From positions 1-59,177 of the forward strand of contig JAOAGZ010000004.1 of assembly GCA_026415495.1 (NCBI GenBank): a stretch of DNA of 59,177 nt, written 5' to 3'. Shown piece by piece: positions 8,967 through 19,383 of this stretch; position 1 is the stretch's first letter; every line of letters starts with the position of its first letter. Under the pieces are notes generated by a model that was given only the letters and a program-made list of their open reading frames with translations, had not been told where the DNA came from and did not search any database. The position numbers were made by a program, and so were the translations under genes. The stretch comes from Ignavibacteria bacterium (lineage in GTDB: Bacteria > Bacteroidota > Ignavibacteria > Kapaibacteriales > UBA2268).

Positions 8967-10201
8967 TTATTAAATGGAATTTCAATAGCAAAAGTTGTGC
9001 CTTTTCCTAATTGAGTTTCCTTGACAAAAATTTTACCGTTGTGATAGTCTTCAATAATTCGTTTTGCAAGACTAAGCCCAAGCCCCCATCCACGCTTTTT
9101 TGTTGTAAAACCGGGATAGAATAAGTTTCGGCGGACTTTGCTTGTGAGCCCTTTGCCATTATCTTCGACGTAGATAATTGCGTATTTATGGGAAACTTTT
9201 GCTGTGCGGATGATAATCTTACCTTCTTTGTGTTCAATTGCTTCGGCAGCATTTTTAAGCAAGTTTTCAATAACCCAAGCAAGCAAATCCTGATTAGCTT
9301 CGACAGTAATATTTTCGCTGAATTCCCGAATAATTTCAACTTTACGCCCAAGGTGTGGCAAACGTTTTTCGAAATATCTGCAAACTTCATCAATCAGGGT
9401 ATTCAATTCAATTTGCTCTTTTTCCGGCATAGAACCAATTTTGGAGAAGCGAGTAGTGATAATCTGCAGTCGGTTAATATCGTTGCTCATCTCGTTAATT
9501 GTATCTTCAACTGCTTTTGGGTCGTCTTTGGAGAAACGTAATATTTCGAGCCAGGCTAATAAGCTCGACAATGGTGTTCCAAGTTGGTGAGCCGCTTCGC
9601 GAGCCATCCCTACCCAAACTTTGGATTGCTCGTTTTTTCGGACACTACTGAAAGCAACATATCCTATAGCGATAAAAGCTGAGATGATAATCAAGGAAAC
9701 AAATGGAAATAAGCGTAATCTATCAATTAATTCAGAGTGCGTATAGTATATTTTTTGAATTACGACGCCGTTTTCGTCCTCGATAATAATTGGTTCATAA
9801 TTTTCTTTCATTTTTTGAATATAGCGTTTAAGAAAAGCTCGCTGTTCTTCTATAGTCATCATTTTGCTAAGATTAATATTTAGAGTGTAAGAGGCAAAAT
9901 CTTCGAGAGGTTCATCGTTTGCATCAGTCATAATCACCGGAAATGTAATAGTCGGGGTAATTTCATCTAAAAAAAATATAAGATATTCTAAATTTTTTTT
10001 AGGGTCTGAATAATGTTTGTAAGTATTGGAATATAATCTGATGATTCGCTGTTCGTGTTGAATTAATTCATCGACGAGAACCTGAGTAAAAATCACAACA
10101 GCAATAACAATAGAGAAAGCAATTAGCGTAAGCAAAGTTTTAAGTTGCCATTTTCCGTCGGTGCTGAACAGCGATTTTAATAATTTAAAACCATTAAGCA
10201 T
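8963..10201 (-). CDS. Membrane sensor histidine kinase (orphan)
   Basis: Two TMs, H-box EAAHQLGTPLS, N-box ENLLKNA, DNGKG, FTTK and GLGL boxes. Confidence 0.93.
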   Translation of the reverse strand: MLNGFKLLKSLFSTDGKWQLKTLLTLIAFSIVIAVVIFTQVLVDELIQHEQRIIRLYSNTYKHYSDPKKNLEYLIFFLDEITPTITFPVIMTDANDEPLEDFASYTLNINLSKMMTIEEQRAFLKRYIQKMKENYEPIIIEDENGVVIQKIYYTHSELIDRLRLFPFVSLIIISAFIAIGYVAFSSVRKNEQSKVWVGMAREAAHQLGTPLSSLLAWLEILRFSKDDPKAVEDTINEMSNDINRLQIITTRFSKIGSMPEKEQIELNTLIDEVCRYFEKRLPHLGRKVEIIREFSENITVEANQDLLAWVIENLLKNAAEAIEHKEGKIIIRTAKVSHKYAIIYVEDNGKGLTSKVRRNLFYPGFTTKKRGWGLGLSLAKRIIEDYHNGKIFVKETQLGKGTTFAIEIPFNN

Positions 10202-10421
10202 ATAATAGAATTATGAATTTTTTTAAATAATGTAAGGTAATTTAAGAAGAAAAATGTAAAAAAATTAACTTTTTTGGTATAATTTTCGTGCGAGCAAGTG
10301 CTTGATTAATTATAATTAATTGTAATGCAAAAACTTATGTAAATTTTTATTTAAATATTGATTAATTAATTTTATATTTGTGATGAAAATAATGTTGTAT
10401 AATTTTTTAAGGAAAAATGGT

Positions 10422-11966
10422 ATGTCTTTTCTGGATAGGGTAAGAGATTTCTTTCAGAGGAAGAAAACAGTAGAAATCGGCGGTGGCGAGCAAGCAATTG
10501 AAAAGCAGAAGAAGATGGGGAAACTCACCGCACGCGAACGCATTCAGTATCTGCTTGACCCAGGGACGTTCCACGAATACGATATGTTTGTTGAGCATAA
10601 AGCAGAAGACTTTGGGATGGACAAGAAATTTTTGCCGGGCGACGGGGTAATTACCGGAACCGGTAACATTCTGGGACATCCGGTTTGCATTTATGCTCAA
10701 GATTTCACTGTAGCAGGCGGTTCTTTAGGACTTGCACACGCAAAGAAAATCACAAAGATGATGGACCACGCGATGAGAATGGGAATGCCACTTATTGGAA
10801 TTAACGATTCAGGTGGCGCTCGAATTCAGGAAGGCGTGAATTCACTTGCTGGTTATGGCGAAATATTTTTCCGTAATACACGCGCATCGGGGGTAATTCC
10901 ACAAATATCGGTTATATTAGGTCCGTGTGCTGGTGGAGCTGTGTATTCACCTGCTTTGACAGACTTTGTGTTTGTAGTAGACAAAATTTCAAAGATGTTT
11001 ATCACCGGTCCAGAAGTAATCAAAACAGTTCTTGGTGAAGAAATTTCGATGGAAGAACTTGGTGGAGCACGCGTACAAGCAGAAATTTCAGGAAACGCAC
11101 ATTTTTATGCAGAAAGTGAGCAGGAATGTTTCGAGCAGATCAAACGCCTTGTTACTTTTATCCCTTGGAACAACAGAAAGAAAGCTGATAAATTCCAGCC
11201 AAAACCACCAATTTTTGATAAACCTATTGCAGAAATACTGCCCAAAGAACCAAATGAACCTTACGACATCCGAGATGTAATAAAGGCTTTGGTGGATAAT
11301 TCAGATTTTCTTGAAGTGCAAGAGCATTGGGCAAAAAACATCGTGATTGGATTTGCAAGAATTAATGGAGAAACAGTTGGAATAGTTGGCAATCAGCCAA
11401 TGGTGCTTGCTGGTGTGCTTGATGTAGATTCGTCGGATAAAGCCGCACGTTTTATTCGTTTTTGCGATGCATTCAATATTCCATTGCTTACACTTGTTGA
11501 TTTGCCGGGATATTTGCCGGGTGTTGACCAGGAGCATGCTGGTGTAATTCGTCACGGAGCAAAAGTGCTGTATGCATATAGCGAAGCAACAGTATTGAAA
11601 ATGACAGTAATATTGCGCAAAGCATATGGTGGTGGTTATATTGCAATGTGTAGCCGCCATTTAGGGGCAGATTTTGTGTTTGCCTGGCCTTCTGCTGAAA
11701 TAGCAGTAATGGGACCGGAAGGCGCGGCAAATATTATTTTCAAGAGCGAAATTGCTAATGCGGCTAACCCAGAAGAAATGCGCAAGCAAAAGGTTGCTGA
11801 ATATATCGAAAAATTTGCTAATCCTTATAAAGCTGCTGCTAATGGATATATTGATGCAGTTATTACGCCAGAAGAAACACGCGACTTCTTAATTCACGCA
11901 TTGTGGGTATCGCAGAACAAAGAGGATGTTCCACCAAAGAAAAAACATGGTGTTCCACCATTCTAA
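10422..11966 (+). CDS. pccB: Acyl-CoA carboxylase/decarboxylase carboxyltransferase subunit (PccB/MmdA-like)
   Basis: GKLTARERI, DSGGARIQEG, GPCAGGAVYSPALTD, RKAYGG, AVMGPEGA, KKHG motifs. Likely ATG 10422; TATATTTG at 10373-10380 lies at the track's longer start. Confidence 0.88.
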   Translation: MSFLDRVRDFFQRKKTVEIGGGEQAIEKQKKMGKLTARERIQYLLDPGTFHEYDMFVEHKAEDFGMDKKFLPGDGVITGTGNILGHPVCIYAQDFTVAGGSLGLAHAKKITKMMDHAMRMGMPLIGINDSGGARIQEGVNSLAGYGEIFFRNTRASGVIPQISVILGPCAGGAVYSPALTDFVFVVDKISKMFITGPEVIKTVLGEEISMEELGGARVQAEISGNAHFYAESEQECFEQIKRLVTFIPWNNRKKADKFQPKPPIFDKPIAEILPKEPNEPYDIRDVIKALVDNSDFLEVQEHWAKNIVIGFARINGETVGIVGNQPMVLAGVLDVDSSDKAARFIRFCDAFNIPLLTLVDLPGYLPGVDQEHAGVIRHGAKVLYAYSEATVLKMTVILRKAYGGGYIAMCSRHLGADFVFAWPSAEIAVMGPEGAANIIFKSEIANAANPEEMRKQKVAEYIEKFANPYKAAANGYIDAVITPEETRDFLIHALWVSQNKEDVPPKKKHGVPPF

Positions 11967-11976
11967 TGGAGTAGAG

Positions 11977-12291
11977 ATGAATAACGAAAATTTAGGAAAG
12001 ATAATTCTTGACGATACAGTTTACGAAACGCAACTGACTAAAAAATTTGTTGCGAGAAAAAAATATGCTCCGAAAGATCCGAAAAAAGTAACGGCTTTTA
12101 TTCCGGGTGTGATACGGGAAGTGTATATAAAAATCGGAGATAATGTAAAAGCCGGGGACAAGTTGCTTGTGCTGGAAGCAATGAAAATGAGAAATACTAT
12201 TAAATCTCCAATGAATGGTAAGATTAGATATGTTGCTGTTTCGACTGGCAAATCAGTTGCTAAAGATGAACTTTTAGTTGAATTTGAATAA
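11977..12291 (+). CDS. Biotin carboxyl carrier protein (about 104 aa)
   Basis: LEAMKM biotinylation motif; GGAG SD before ATG 11977. Confidence 0.9.
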   Translation: MNNENLGKIILDDTVYETQLTKKFVARKKYAPKDPKKVTAFIPGVIREVYIKIGDNVKAGDKLLVLEAMKMRNTIKSPMNGKIRYVAVSTGKSVAKDELLVEFE

Positions 12292-12308
12292 AGTATTCAG
12301 GAAATAAT

Positions 12309-12343
12309 AAAAAAGAGACGTAATAAATTACGTCTCTTTTTTT
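12309..12343. terminator. Bidirectional intrinsic terminator
   Basis: AAAAAAGAGACGTAAT / ATTACGTCTCTTTTTT inverted repeat between convergent genes. Confidence 0.85.
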
Positions 12344-12358
12344 ATATAAACATTTCTT

Positions 12359-14524
12359 TTATAACATTCCGCTTCGTTTCCGAATGAACCATTCTGCTGA
12401 AAGAAGCAGAACAACAAGAATAAGCAAATAAGGTAAGTTCCAGATAATTATGTCGTTGCGTTTTTTTATGCTTCGTTCTGTAAAGAATCTATTTTTTTGA
12501 ATATCATCAACAATAGATGAAACATCACCGGAATAATAGAATTTCCCGCCGGTAATTTCAGCAATTTTTCTGAGAAGCGGTTCATTCATTTTTAGGTTCA
12601 GGTACTCAATAGAAATTTCCCCGATGGAAAATCTGCCATCATCTGTGCCCAGAACGTTGTTGTTGAGAGTTGCCTCTGCTGAAAAGGAATAATCGCCCGA
12701 AGGGAGGCCTTCTATTGTTGCATAGTAGTTGCCCTGACCTGTGGGGGCAAGAGTGATTTCGCGAGTGTCGCTTTTACCAGAAACTTTAACTTTAAGATTT
12801 GCTTTCTCGATAGGATTGTAGGCAGCGTCGTAAACTTCACCAAAAAGTTCGACTACTTCATTTTCATTATAAAATTTACGCGAAGGACGGACTTTAACTG
12901 GTTTGGTTTGCTCGGCAATGGAAAGCCATCGCAAACTGTTGTTGATAAAAATGTTTAACAAATCTTCGGCATTGCGTCCTTTCGCAAGTTCCGAGGCGTA
13001 ACCAAAAAGCTTCCATCTATGCAAACCATATCCCATCAGAGCAATAGATTTACTATTTTGAAAATGCCGGGACATAATTAAAGGCTCATTTAATGGAGCG
13101 TTGTTGATTTTCATTGTGGCTAATACTTCGCTTTCCGTTTTCGGACGAACAAATGTTTCGGTTCGAAACAGAGGCGGGAGTGAATTCCAAAGTTTAAGGT
13201 CATCGTCGCTACCGGTAATTCTCAAAATCGGAGAAGAGAGAGCTGGCGTTTTGAAATCAGGAACTACAAGTAATTCTTGTGGTCGTGAGGATACTACAAC
13301 AAAAGGCAGATAATTCTGAAATTCTTTAAGTTTATTGTAGTCAGTAGTTTGAGAAGCGATAAAAAGAAGAGGCTTCCCACGTTCTAATTCAAGTTTTATC
13401 ATATCTATTACATTTTTCGGAGTTGATTGGATAGGAAAACCAACAAAAACGATAAGTTCGCTGGCTTGGAGAACTTTCGGATTAGGTGTTTCGTAGAATT
13501 CAGCACCTTTTTTCTGAATAAATTCTTTTATTTCGACGCCTTTTTCGAGCGAAATTGATTGTTTAATCATTGACAAATCAGGTGATGGAGAACCGGCAAA
13601 AATTGCAAAATTACGTTTATTTTCCAGGACACGAATAAATTCTGAAATTGAGTTATTTTTTCGGGTAATTTCATTTTCGATTGGGTCAATCTGTGCGGTT
13701 ATTTTATGAGTTCCGGGTTTGGTGGGAGTATATTCGAAATTGTGAAAATAACGTTCTCTACCCGGCTCAATGAATATATCTTGTTCTCCGATTTTTTCTT
13801 CATTAGAGAATAGCTTTAATTTCAAAGTTTTATTAGAAAATCCATTTGCTTTGAAATTGACCATAATTTGGATTTTATTATCGACATAAGCAATTTCATT
13901 TGTAACAATTGATAATACAGCAATATCAACTGGCTCAGTGGTATCGCCAATACCAACAACGTAAAATGGAGCAGTGAAACGCTCGGCATCAAAAATTGGA
14001 TTTGAACCAGCATTGTAGGCACCGTCAGTGAATAACACCACAGCTCGAATATTTTCTTCGTCGCGGTATCTATCTAATCGGCGAAGTGCTTTTGAAATAT
14101 CAGTTGTTCTGCCATTAAAGGCTAAACTATCTATGTTGAACTTATCTAATTGTTTGACATCGCTATCAAAAAGGAAGGTAATATTATCGAGATTATCAAT
14201 ATTTGAGTTAATCAAAGAATTTTTGAAAGCATCGGCACGATTGCCTTTTGCATCAGTAGTGCCGGCAGAAATTGAATTATCGAGAAGAATAGCTATTTTA
14301 GGTTTTTCGATAAATGCACGAGTAATTGAATATATAGGTTCAAAAATAGCAAAGATTAAAATTGCGAGGGCAAATCCACGAAGAGCAATAAGCAGATAGC
14401 GTTTTTTTTCGGAAATTGGAGGAATTGTTGTTTTGTATGCCCAAAAAGACAGCCCAAATCCAGCTATAATAAATAAAACCAAAAGCCACCAGTAACCAGA
14501 AATAACTAAATTGTATGAATTCAT
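12359..14524 (-). CDS. vWA-domain membrane protein with Ig-like/CARDB and GATase-like regions
   Basis: Two N-terminal TMs (LIALR...IFEP), MIDAS DNSIS...T...FTDG, C-terminal TM ending EWFIRKRSGML; likely start 14524. Confidence 0.8.
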   Translation of the reverse strand: MNSYNLVISGYWWLLVLFIIAGFGLSFWAYKTTIPPISEKKRYLLIALRGFALAILIFAIFEPIYSITRAFIEKPKIAILLDNSISAGTTDAKGNRADAFKNSLINSNIDNLDNITFLFDSDVKQLDKFNIDSLAFNGRTTDISKALRRLDRYRDEENIRAVVLFTDGAYNAGSNPIFDAERFTAPFYVVGIGDTTEPVDIAVLSIVTNEIAYVDNKIQIMVNFKANGFSNKTLKLKLFSNEEKIGEQDIFIEPGRERYFHNFEYTPTKPGTHKITAQIDPIENEITRKNNSISEFIRVLENKRNFAIFAGSPSPDLSMIKQSISLEKGVEIKEFIQKKGAEFYETPNPKVLQASELIVFVGFPIQSTPKNVIDMIKLELERGKPLLFIASQTTDYNKLKEFQNYLPFVVVSSRPQELLVVPDFKTPALSSPILRITGSDDDLKLWNSLPPLFRTETFVRPKTESEVLATMKINNAPLNEPLIMSRHFQNSKSIALMGYGLHRWKLFGYASELAKGRNAEDLLNIFINNSLRWLSIAEQTKPVKVRPSRKFYNENEVVELFGEVYDAAYNPIEKANLKVKVSGKSDTREITLAPTGQGNYYATIEGLPSGDYSFSAEATLNNNVLGTDDGRFSIGEISIEYLNLKMNEPLLRKIAEITGGKFYYSGDVSSIVDDIQKNRFFTERSIKKRNDIIIWNLPYLLILVVLLLSAEWFIRKRSGML

Positions 14525-14740
14525 AACGTGTATTTTTAAATAAAACAAATATGAAAATATGATAACGAAATAACAGCGAAAATATGAAAAATAAATTAGT
14601 AAATCATAAGAAGAAAATCATAATACAGTTGTTTGAATTCATCAATTATTCATAATTCGTTTAGATTTTTTTTGTTAAATCTTGTATTTTTCTTTATATT
14701 AAATGAATAAATAAATGATATTGTTTAATACAAAGGACTT

Positions 14741-16390
14741 ATGATGAAATCCAGATTAATTTTATTAATGCTAATTTTTGCCTTTACATCAGAAGTATAT
14801 CCTTGCACAAACTTTCTGGTAACGAAAGGAGCTTCGGCAGATGGTTCGACAATGATTTCTTATTCGGCAGATGCCGGTGGATTTATGGAGCCATTATATT
14901 ATGCACCTGCTGCAAAACATCCCGAAGGGTCGTGGGTTGATATTTATGAGTGGGATAGCGGCAAACATCTTGGCAAAATAAAGCAAGTGCCTGAAACATA
15001 TAAAGTAATTGGAAATATGAATGAATATCAGGTAGCAATTGGAGAAACAACGTTTGGTGGACGTGAGGAACTGCGGGACACAAACGCAATAATGGATTAT
15101 GGTTCGCTTATGTATATAGCATTGCAAAGAGCTAAAACCGCACGTGAAGCAATTAGAGTAATGACAGAGCTTGTTGCTGAGTACGGTTATTATAGCTCGG
15201 GGGAATCTTTCTCTGTTGCTGATCCTGATGAAGTTTGGATACTTGAAATGATAAGCAAAGGACCATACGAAAAAGGTGCTGTTTGGGTAGCTGTTCGTAT
15301 TCCAGACGGATATGTAGCGGCTCACGCTAACCAAGCACGCATCAGACAATTTCCGATGAATGACCCTAATAATTGTTTGTATGCACCGGATGTGATTTCT
15401 TTTGCTATTGCACGAAGCTACTACAATCCGAAACAGGGACCATTCAGCTTTGCTGACACATATTGCCCACTCGACGCGAGCAGTTTGCTGTTTTGCGAGG
15501 GAAGAGTATGGAGTTTGTTTAGACGTGCAGCACCATCTCTGAATTTATCGAGTGATTATTGGCGTGCATACGAAGGAGAAGAACCTTATCCATTATATAT
15601 CAAGCCGGACAAGAAGCTTACTCCACAAGATGTGATGAGATTAATGCGCGATCATTTCAACGATACAGAATTTGATATGACCAAAGGACTTGCAGCAGAA
15701 CCTTTTGGCAATCCATACAGATGGAAACCGCTTGCATTTAAAATATTCGGCGACACAACAACTTATGCCTGGGAAAGACCAATTTCGACACAGCAAACAG
15801 CATTTTCCTTTGTATCGCAAAGCAGAAGTTTCTTGCCAAGAGAAATTGCCGGAGTATTTTGGTATGGAGTTGATGATACCTATTCTACTGTTTATGTGCC
15901 ACTTTATGTAGGTGCAATGAACGATATTCCAAAATGTTTCAGAGGTGGTAGTATCAAAGAACTTGATTTGAATTCTGCTTTTTGGATATTCAATCTGGTT
16001 GCAAACCTTGCATATACAAAATACTCATATATTATCAAAGACATTCAGGTTGTGCAGAAGCGTCTTGAAAGTAAGTATGAGATGTTTCAGCCAATAATTG
16101 AGAAGGCGGCAAATGAGTTGTATCAGAAAGATAAAGCTTCGGCAATACAATTTTTGAGCGATTATTCATTGAATGAGTCTCAAAAAATGTTTGATGAATG
16201 GTTTACTCTCTGGAAGCAATTAGTTGTAAAATATAATGATGGCTATATTAATGATGTGAACGTTGATAACGGGCGTCATCCAAAGGGTGTAGGTTATGGC
16301 GACGAATTTTTCAAACGTGTTGTCAAAGAAAAACCTGGTTATTTCGAAGTAAAAATGAAGAAGAAAAAAGACAAAAAGAAAGGAAAATAA
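14741..16390 (+). CDS. Secreted C69 family dipeptidase (Ntn hydrolase)
   Basis: Signal peptide followed by nucleophile C-TNFLVTKGASADGS; GNMNEYQVAIGETTFGG, AHANQARI, ERPIS. Confidence 0.92.
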   Translation: MMKSRLILLMLIFAFTSEVYPCTNFLVTKGASADGSTMISYSADAGGFMEPLYYAPAAKHPEGSWVDIYEWDSGKHLGKIKQVPETYKVIGNMNEYQVAIGETTFGGREELRDTNAIMDYGSLMYIALQRAKTAREAIRVMTELVAEYGYYSSGESFSVADPDEVWILEMISKGPYEKGAVWVAVRIPDGYVAAHANQARIRQFPMNDPNNCLYAPDVISFAIARSYYNPKQGPFSFADTYCPLDASSLLFCEGRVWSLFRRAAPSLNLSSDYWRAYEGEEPYPLYIKPDKKLTPQDVMRLMRDHFNDTEFDMTKGLAAEPFGNPYRWKPLAFKIFGDTTTYAWERPISTQQTAFSFVSQSRSFLPREIAGVFWYGVDDTYSTVYVPLYVGAMNDIPKCFRGGSIKELDLNSAFWIFNLVANLAYTKYSYIIKDIQVVQKRLESKYEMFQPIIEKAANELYQKDKASAIQFLSDYSLNESQKMFDEWFTLWKQLVVKYNDGYINDVNVDNGRHPKGVGYGDEFFKRVVKEKPGYFEVKMKKKKDKKKGK

Positions 16391-16397
16391 ATGTTAG

Positions 16398-16427
16398 AAA
16401 AGGCGTATCGCAAAATACGCCTTTTTT
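16398..16427 (+). terminator. Intrinsic terminator after the C69 dipeptidase
   Basis: AAAAGGCGTAT / ATACGCCTTTT stem plus T-run. Confidence 0.8.
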
Positions 16428-16539
16428 ATTTTAACAAATTGCGTTTGAATGGTAAATAAATTCATTGGCAAAGGCACATAAGAATGTAATCAATATTTCA
16501 TTGATAAAATTGTAATTTAAGGAACATACAGCAATGAAC

Positions 16540-16570
16540 AAAAAAGAGGCTGATTTAGAAGTCAGCCTCT
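16540..16570 (-). terminator. Intrinsic terminator after the LolA-like gene
   Basis: AGAGGCTGA / TCAGCCTCT stem with T-tail on the minus strand. Confidence 0.7.
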
Positions 16571-16597
16571 TCCCTATTCGATTGCGATAATTATCAA

Positions 16598-17314
16598 TTA
16601 AGGTTTTTCGAAAATTTTGTCGTCCAAAGCACTATCGATTTCATATTCATCAAAGTTGAATACCATAACAGTATTTCCATTAATTTTTAATTCAATTACA
16701 GATGGAACGATAGCTCCGCCAACTTTTGTTTTTTCTTCAAAAACATATTCGATTGTATTAGATTCATCATCTTTCTTTACTTCAGCCCTTAATTTATAGA
16801 ACCAATTAGTAATTTCATCAAGATAGATAGTGGAGATATCGTTATCTTTGTCTGTCATTTTAATAGTAATGTAGTTCTTGTCATCAATAGTTTCTTTGCC
16901 AAGATACTCAAATGAATAGCCTTCTTCACCGTATTTGACGATAGGAGAATTAAGGAAGTCGAAAATCTGCAAAATTTGGTCTTTTGCGGCATCGGGTAAA
17001 TTTTTCTTATCTTTAGAACCAGTGAGAGGATTGACCATCCAAGCTTTTTTGCCATCAAAGGCTTGAATAATAGTATTGCCCATATATTCGATTTCAATTC
17101 TGACTTTGTCTGGTCTCTTGATTTTGTAAACAATAGGAATTTGTTCGCCTTGCTCAGCAATGAACTGACTGCCGTGGATAACGAAAGTTTCAATTTTATC
17201 TAATGCTTCTTTGTTCATTGCTTTAATAGCATTTTTCATTATATCATCGATATTCTGAGAATAGAGAAAATTTGCAGAAGCAAATAAAAAGATTAAAAGC
17301 AAAAATTTTTTCAT
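16598..17314 (-). CDS. Outer-membrane lipoprotein-sorting (LolA-like) periplasmic protein
   Basis: Signal peptide; KRPDKVRIE, QAFDGKKAW, YLD, C-terminal LDDKIFEKP pattern typical of LolA-like proteins. Confidence 0.7.
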   Translation of the reverse strand: MKKFLLLIFLFASANFLYSQNIDDIMKNAIKAMNKEALDKIETFVIHGSQFIAEQGEQIPIVYKIKRPDKVRIEIEYMGNTIIQAFDGKKAWMVNPLTGSKDKKNLPDAAKDQILQIFDFLNSPIVKYGEEGYSFEYLGKETIDDKNYITIKMTDKDNDISTIYLDEITNWFYKLRAEVKKDDESNTIEYVFEEKTKVGGAIVPSVIELKINGNTVMVFNFDEYEIDSALDDKIFEKP

Positions 17315-17374
17315 AACTACCTCTAATTATTGATTTTTAAAAATAAGTAAAAAATAATATATAATAAAGCAATA

Positions 17375-18262
17375 TTAATAATTTCCATTTTTTTCCAAGA
17401 AAGTGCCTAATTCTGAAATAATCACAGCGGAAAACAGCAAAGTTGCTCCGAAAATTTCGGTATTCGACATAGTTTCATTCAAAAAGATAACAGCCACTGA
17501 ACTTGCTACAATAGGTTCGAGCGAAAAAATTAATGCAGCCTTGACAGGTGTAGTGTATCTTTGAATGCTTGTATGGATAAATGTAACAAAAAATGATGCT
17601 AATACAGCATTAAAAGCTAATGAAATTAAAAGCATATTATCAAATTTTACAACCCAAGAACTATCCTCGAAAGTAACAAAATAAACAAGAGCAATAATCG
17701 ATGATGCAACAAACTGCAAAAAAACCAACTGAGCAGTTATTGAGCGATTTTCAATTTTTTTTGTAAATACATCCATATATGTAATATAGAAAGCCCAAAA
17801 CATTGTGGAGAAGAGAGTAAGGACATCGCCGATATTAATATTATCAAAGTCTGGATTTGTGAAAATCCATAGTCCAATCATAGCAACAAAAACTCCCCAG
17901 AAAGAGTATTTGTTAATTTTTTTGCGACAAATTATGTAATATACAATCGGGGTAAGTGGAACAGTGATGCCAGTAATAAAAGCAGATTTTGAAACAGTTG
18001 TATATTTCAAACCAATAGTTTGAAGCAAGAAACCACCACCAAAAAACAAACCTAAGATTAATCCATTTATTAGAGTTTTATTCTGAATTTTAAATAATTT
18101 CTTGTTAAAGAAAATAACACATAGGAATATAGCAATACTAAAACGCATCAGAATATACACACTTGGAGAGGTGAAATCTAATCCTATTTTAGTAAAAACA
18201 AAAGTTCCGCCCCAGATGAAAGTAACTAAAAAAAGGGAAAGCTCGGCATAGAAAGGCTTCAA
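17375..18262 (-). CDS. DMT/EamA family transporter
   Basis: FIWGGTF, LQTIGLKYTT, GDVLTL, LEPIV motifs; about 10 TMs. Confidence 0.9.
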   Translation of the reverse strand: MKPFYAELSLFLVTFIWGGTFVFTKIGLDFTSPSVYILMRFSIAIFLCVIFFNKKLFKIQNKTLINGLILGLFFGGGFLLQTIGLKYTTVSKSAFITGITVPLTPIVYYIICRKKINKYSFWGVFVAMIGLWIFTNPDFDNINIGDVLTLFSTMFWAFYITYMDVFTKKIENRSITAQLVFLQFVASSIIALVYFVTFEDSSWVVKFDNMLLISLAFNAVLASFFVTFIHTSIQRYTTPVKAALIFSLEPIVASSVAVIFLNETMSNTEIFGATLLFSAVIISELGTFLEKNGNY

Positions 18263-19377
18263 TCAGTTACTCCGTCGTTATGTTCAATATCGTTTAAGAC
18301 AGGAAGATTTTTGTTATTGCTATTTTCTTGATTTTGCATTTGCTTTTTAGCTTGATTTTGGCGTCTCAATTGATTAAAGTTAATTGAAGGAGTAAGTTTA
18401 ACGTGATTTCTAATTATTCCACGTGCCCGAAGAGTATCTTCGGCATACAAATATCTTTCTTTATTAGGTAAGCTGGAGCGAGCTTCTTTTGGAATTTGAA
18501 TAATAGGAATAAGAGCTTCTTCAACTTCGAGTGGATTATCCGGCAATTGGACGACGCCATCTTTGTTAGAGGTAAAATCGAGCCAAGGACCACCACGAGG
18601 ACGCGAATAATCAAAATGACCAAGCAAAATAACTGGTGTTCCACTGAAAGGGATGAGTTTGCCGCTGGTATCTTTTTTAGCGGATTCGCCCCAACTAAAT
18701 AGCCATTGAGCATCATCTAAAAACTGACGTAAGCAGGAATGCGAAACAGGACGGCCTGGCATTTCAAATTGATGGAAGGCACTGCCAGCTGCGACATGGA
18801 AATTGAAAGTGAAAGGCATAACCCAAGTGCTATCGAGAGAGGAACGACGAAGACGTTCTTTCCATACGAGAGCATATTTGCCCGGGAATGACGGAGTACG
18901 TTCCTTACCAGAATTAACGGCAGCAAATCGAACTAATTTGCCATTTTCGTAGCACCCATAGGCTTGCTTATCAATGGAAACTAAAATTATTTTTTTAATA
19001 TTTTGTGCAGGTGGATAATTATGAGGGAAAATTGAATAATCGAGGATATTGTTTGTAAAATTTTCAGGGACAATAATTTTTTCACCATTCCGGATAAACC
19101 GCAATTCTTTTCGGTTCAACGTCATAATGATTTTTTGGGCAACAGATTTATCGATGCTATCGGGAACGGAAGAAAAGATTGAATCAAGAGTGCTCCGATT
19201 ATGAATTTCTACAAGATTATACTTAATGTATGGTGGCTCGTAGAAATCGGTATTAGTATGTTCAGTTTCAGAATTTGGAGAATTTTCAAGATTTTCTTGA
19301 AAATTTTCGTCATTTTGGCTACAACTTGTTAGAATAATTAAAATTATAGCAAAAAAGGTGAAAAATTTGTGTATCAT
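18259..19377 (-). CDS. L,D-transpeptidase (YkuD domain) lipoprotein
   Basis: Lipobox LTSC; VNSGK...TP.FPG, and catalytic HQF...PVSHSCLR (HxxxxSHxC). Confidence 0.85.
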   Translation of the reverse strand: MIHKFFTFFAIILIILTSCSQNDENFQENLENSPNSETEHTNTDFYEPPYIKYNLVEIHNRSTLDSIFSSVPDSIDKSVAQKIIMTLNRKELRFIRNGEKIIVPENFTNNILDYSIFPHNYPPAQNIKKIILVSIDKQAYGCYENGKLVRFAAVNSGKERTPSFPGKYALVWKERLRRSSLDSTWVMPFTFNFHVAAGSAFHQFEMPGRPVSHSCLRQFLDDAQWLFSWGESAKKDTSGKLIPFSGTPVILLGHFDYSRPRGGPWLDFTSNKDGVVQLPDNPLEVEEALIPIIQIPKEARSSLPNKERYLYAEDTLRARGIIRNHVKLTPSINFNQLRRQNQAKKQMQNQENSNNKNLPVLNDIEHNDGVTD

Positions 19378-19383
19378 ACTTCA

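Noticed and set aside
16360-16390. Lys-rich C-terminal tails on both CtpA (NKGKKK) and the C69 dipeptidase (KKKKDKKKGK)
   Set aside because: Adequately explained by the A-rich + strand and low GC; two cases are too few to call a targeting signal.
16430-16540. Intergenic gaps as possible sRNA or riboswitch loci (also 365-600, 22600-22740)
   Set aside because: I could not recognise any conserved RNA motif or stable structure beyond the terminators; an Rfam/Infernal scan would be needed.
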